Source: Pseudomonadota bacterium (GTDB taxonomy: Bacteria; Desulfobacterota; Desulfobacteria; Desulfobacterales; RPRI01). From it: a DNA stretch of 64,000 nt. Below the pieces are notes generated by a model that was not told the DNA's origin, made no database searches, and saw nothing but the letters and a program-made list of their open reading frames with translations. Both the position numbers and the translations under genes were made by a program. How positions within the stretch are numbered: position 1 is the first letter of the stretch; each line of letters starts with the position of its first letter. Of this stretch, positions 62,465 through 64,000 are shown piece by piece. Where the stretch lies: positions 1 to 64,000 of the forward strand of contig JBDRRF010000068.1 in NCBI GenBank assembly GCA_043825875.1, read 5' to 3'.

Positions 62465-62478
62465 GTTAGGATAAAACA

Positions 62479-62715
62479 ATGAGTAAAAGAGAATATTTTG
62501 TAATACAAATTGGAAATACGCAACTCGATAACCCAATTAATATGACTATGAGTACTAAACGCAAAAATAAAACTTTTTGTGAAGAATGTGGTAATGCCAT
62601 AGAGGTTGGAGAAACATATTACTACGAGCCTCTTGGTCAATATTATTATTGTGTCGGATGTATTGGAGTCGATGGGGATCCATATAATTATGTGGCTACA
62701 CCTGATCTATATTAG
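62479..62715 (+). CDS. Cassette 6: small CxxC...CxxC zinc-ribbon-like protein
   Basis: CEEC and CVGC; lies between GTTAGGA and TCCTAAC. Confidence 0.7.
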   Translation: MSKREYFVIQIGNTQLDNPINMTMSTKRKNKTFCEECGNAIEVGETYYYEPLGQYYYCVGCIGVDGDPYNYVATPDLY

Positions 62716-62795
62716 TCTTACAAAAAATATTTTTGCGAGAGTTTTAATTAAATAATTTGTAATTATAATATTTTTATAAAATACAAGTTCTTATC

Positions 62796-62857
62796 TCCTA
62801 ACCATGGCTTTCACTGCGACGGCAAAAAGCCACCGCGCGTGAAGCCAAGCGTTCGCG
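62796..62857 (+). other. attC6
   Basis: TCCTAAC..GGCTTTCAC/GTGAAGCC..GTTCGCG. Confidence 0.88.
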
Positions 62858-62903
62858 CTTTATTTAGTTTTTTTATGTAAATTACAAATTTTTGGAGGCT
62901 TTA

Positions 62904-63443
62904 ATGAAATTGAATTCTTATTGTTACCTATTGATCTTTGTTTTGATTTTCCTACTTATCCCTTCGATATCTCTTGCTGAAATTGAGCCAGAAGTTGACT
63001 GTAGTGATGCTAAAGCTGCAAATAACCTTATGATCAATTTTGAGACTGTTATCGATAAAATATTAAAAGAGGGGCAAACTAATGAAGACAAGCATAAGAA
63101 AATAGTGTCCGCAATTTCCCAAAAAATGGATGCAAAAAAAGTTTGGTCTGAAAAAGAAAAAAGCGATTTTCTTTCTAATATAGTTGCATCTTCCGAATAC
63201 ATAGAATTAGAGAAAAAAAAGCAGGAGGCGCTAAAATCATTCAACTTATCTCTTGAGAGTTTGTCTCAACTCCAAAACAAGAATCAAGCAGGCCATACAA
63301 GTGAGGGGGGGCTTTTTTGTGAAAGTGCTAATAAATGTATCAAAGACTTGAAAAAAGTAATTTCATTTACTGACTCACAATGGGTATTAATGGAATCAAA
63401 AACACTTCAAGAGGCTATTCGTCTTATGGAAAAAATTAAATAG
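62904..63443 (+). CDS. Cassette 7: secreted helical hypothetical protein
   Basis: GGAGG RBS, signal peptide ending SLA-E. Confidence 0.78.
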   Translation: MKLNSYCYLLIFVLIFLLIPSISLAEIEPEVDCSDAKAANNLMINFETVIDKILKEGQTNEDKHKKIVSAISQKMDAKKVWSEKEKSDFLSNIVASSEYIELEKKKQEALKSFNLSLESLSQLQNKNQAGHTSEGGLFCESANKCIKDLKKVISFTDSQWVLMESKTLQEAIRLMEKIK

Positions 63444-63468
63444 TTGAGGGAAAAAAATGATTACGCTA

Positions 63469-63501
63469 ATCGGGTAGCCGGGGGGGGGAAGCCCCACACC
63501 A
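63469..63501 (-). mobile_element. Group IIC intron 3'-end remnant
   Basis: Minus strand TGGTGTGGGGCT..CCCCCGGCTACCCGAT resembles the DV-end/DVI terminus. Confidence 0.6.
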
Positions 63502-63509
63502 GCCGCTCG

Positions 63510-63535
63510 CGCGAACAACTGCATGCACCAGACCG
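63510..63535 (+). other. attC7, left half only
   Basis: CGCGAAC (complement of cassette-7 GTTCGCG) plus ATGCACCAGACCG; no right arm. Confidence 0.7.
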
Positions 63536-63829
63536 GAATATATAAAAAGATTTTTCAAAGGAATCGCATTTGCATTAGATGCTCTTGATTTTATAGCTTT
63601 ATTTTTTCTTACATCAATTATATTTTTTTCGGTCCCGGTTTATATAGTCACACGATCATATCAAAATGGTCATGTGCTGCTTTCGATAGCAATAGTGGTT
63701 GTATTTGTTTCCCTTTTTTGTATTTGTGTTCGGGATTATAAAAGAAAGAAATGGAGTGCTCTTAGTATTGGTAGCGTTTCTTTTTGGGCAGTATGTGCCT
63801 TTATAGGTGCCTTAATAATAATGTCTTGA
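63536..63829 (+). pseudogene. Cassette 8: 5'-truncated membrane protein gene
   Basis: Open hydrophobic frame 'EYIKRFFKGIAFALDALDFIALFF...GALIIMS*' with no start codon. Confidence 0.65.
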
Positions 63830-63836
63830 AATTGGA

Positions 63837-63963
63837 GTATAACCAGCGCATAAACATTGAAACCCAAAGCGGGGAGGCTTCAGTAATTTACCATTTTTTT
63901 ATTGAACGTGGCTTTCTCGATTGCCTTATAAGCTTTGGGTTCAAGTTATGCGCAACGTTGATT
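63837..63963 (+). other. attC8
   Basis: GTATAAC..GCGCATAAACATTGAAACCCAAAGC/GCTTTGGGTTCAAGTTATGCGC..GTTGATT. Confidence 0.88.
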
Positions 63964-64000
63964 GTTAAAATTATCCCTTGACATAGTACCAACATGTGAT

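Noticed and set aside
63784..63981. 65-aa ORF
   Set aside because: It spans attC8 and is probably spurious.

Overview
Low-GC chromosomal window from a sulfate-reducing bacterium, probably Desulfobacterota (inferred from dsrAB-dsrD-dsrN and neighbouring genes). Housekeeping blocks (radA-rlmE-yebC, ilvE, dapA, dsr, maf-yggS-queH, mutS, tRNA-Glu, tRNA-Leu) alternate with an accessory stretch (~13.8-24.9 kb: nonsense-interrupted YhcG/DUF1016, APH/AAA kinase, secreted ankyrin protein, NfeD-flotillin, exported hypotheticals). The right end holds a complete integron: intI, an attI region and at least 8 cassettes with 7 complete attC sites plus one half site; the array runs off the window. Main observations: an IS1182-family element inserted exactly at the GTT core of attC5, which recreates a GTTRRRY site; a group IIC intron 3'-end scar and a deletion fusing cassettes 7 and 8; a hipBA module beside intI bounded by a perfect 32-bp direct repeat; and a ~143-bp MITE with IS1182-like ends in four copies, each within 2 bp of a stop codon. 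All calls are by eye from sequence and motifs; no database searches were run.
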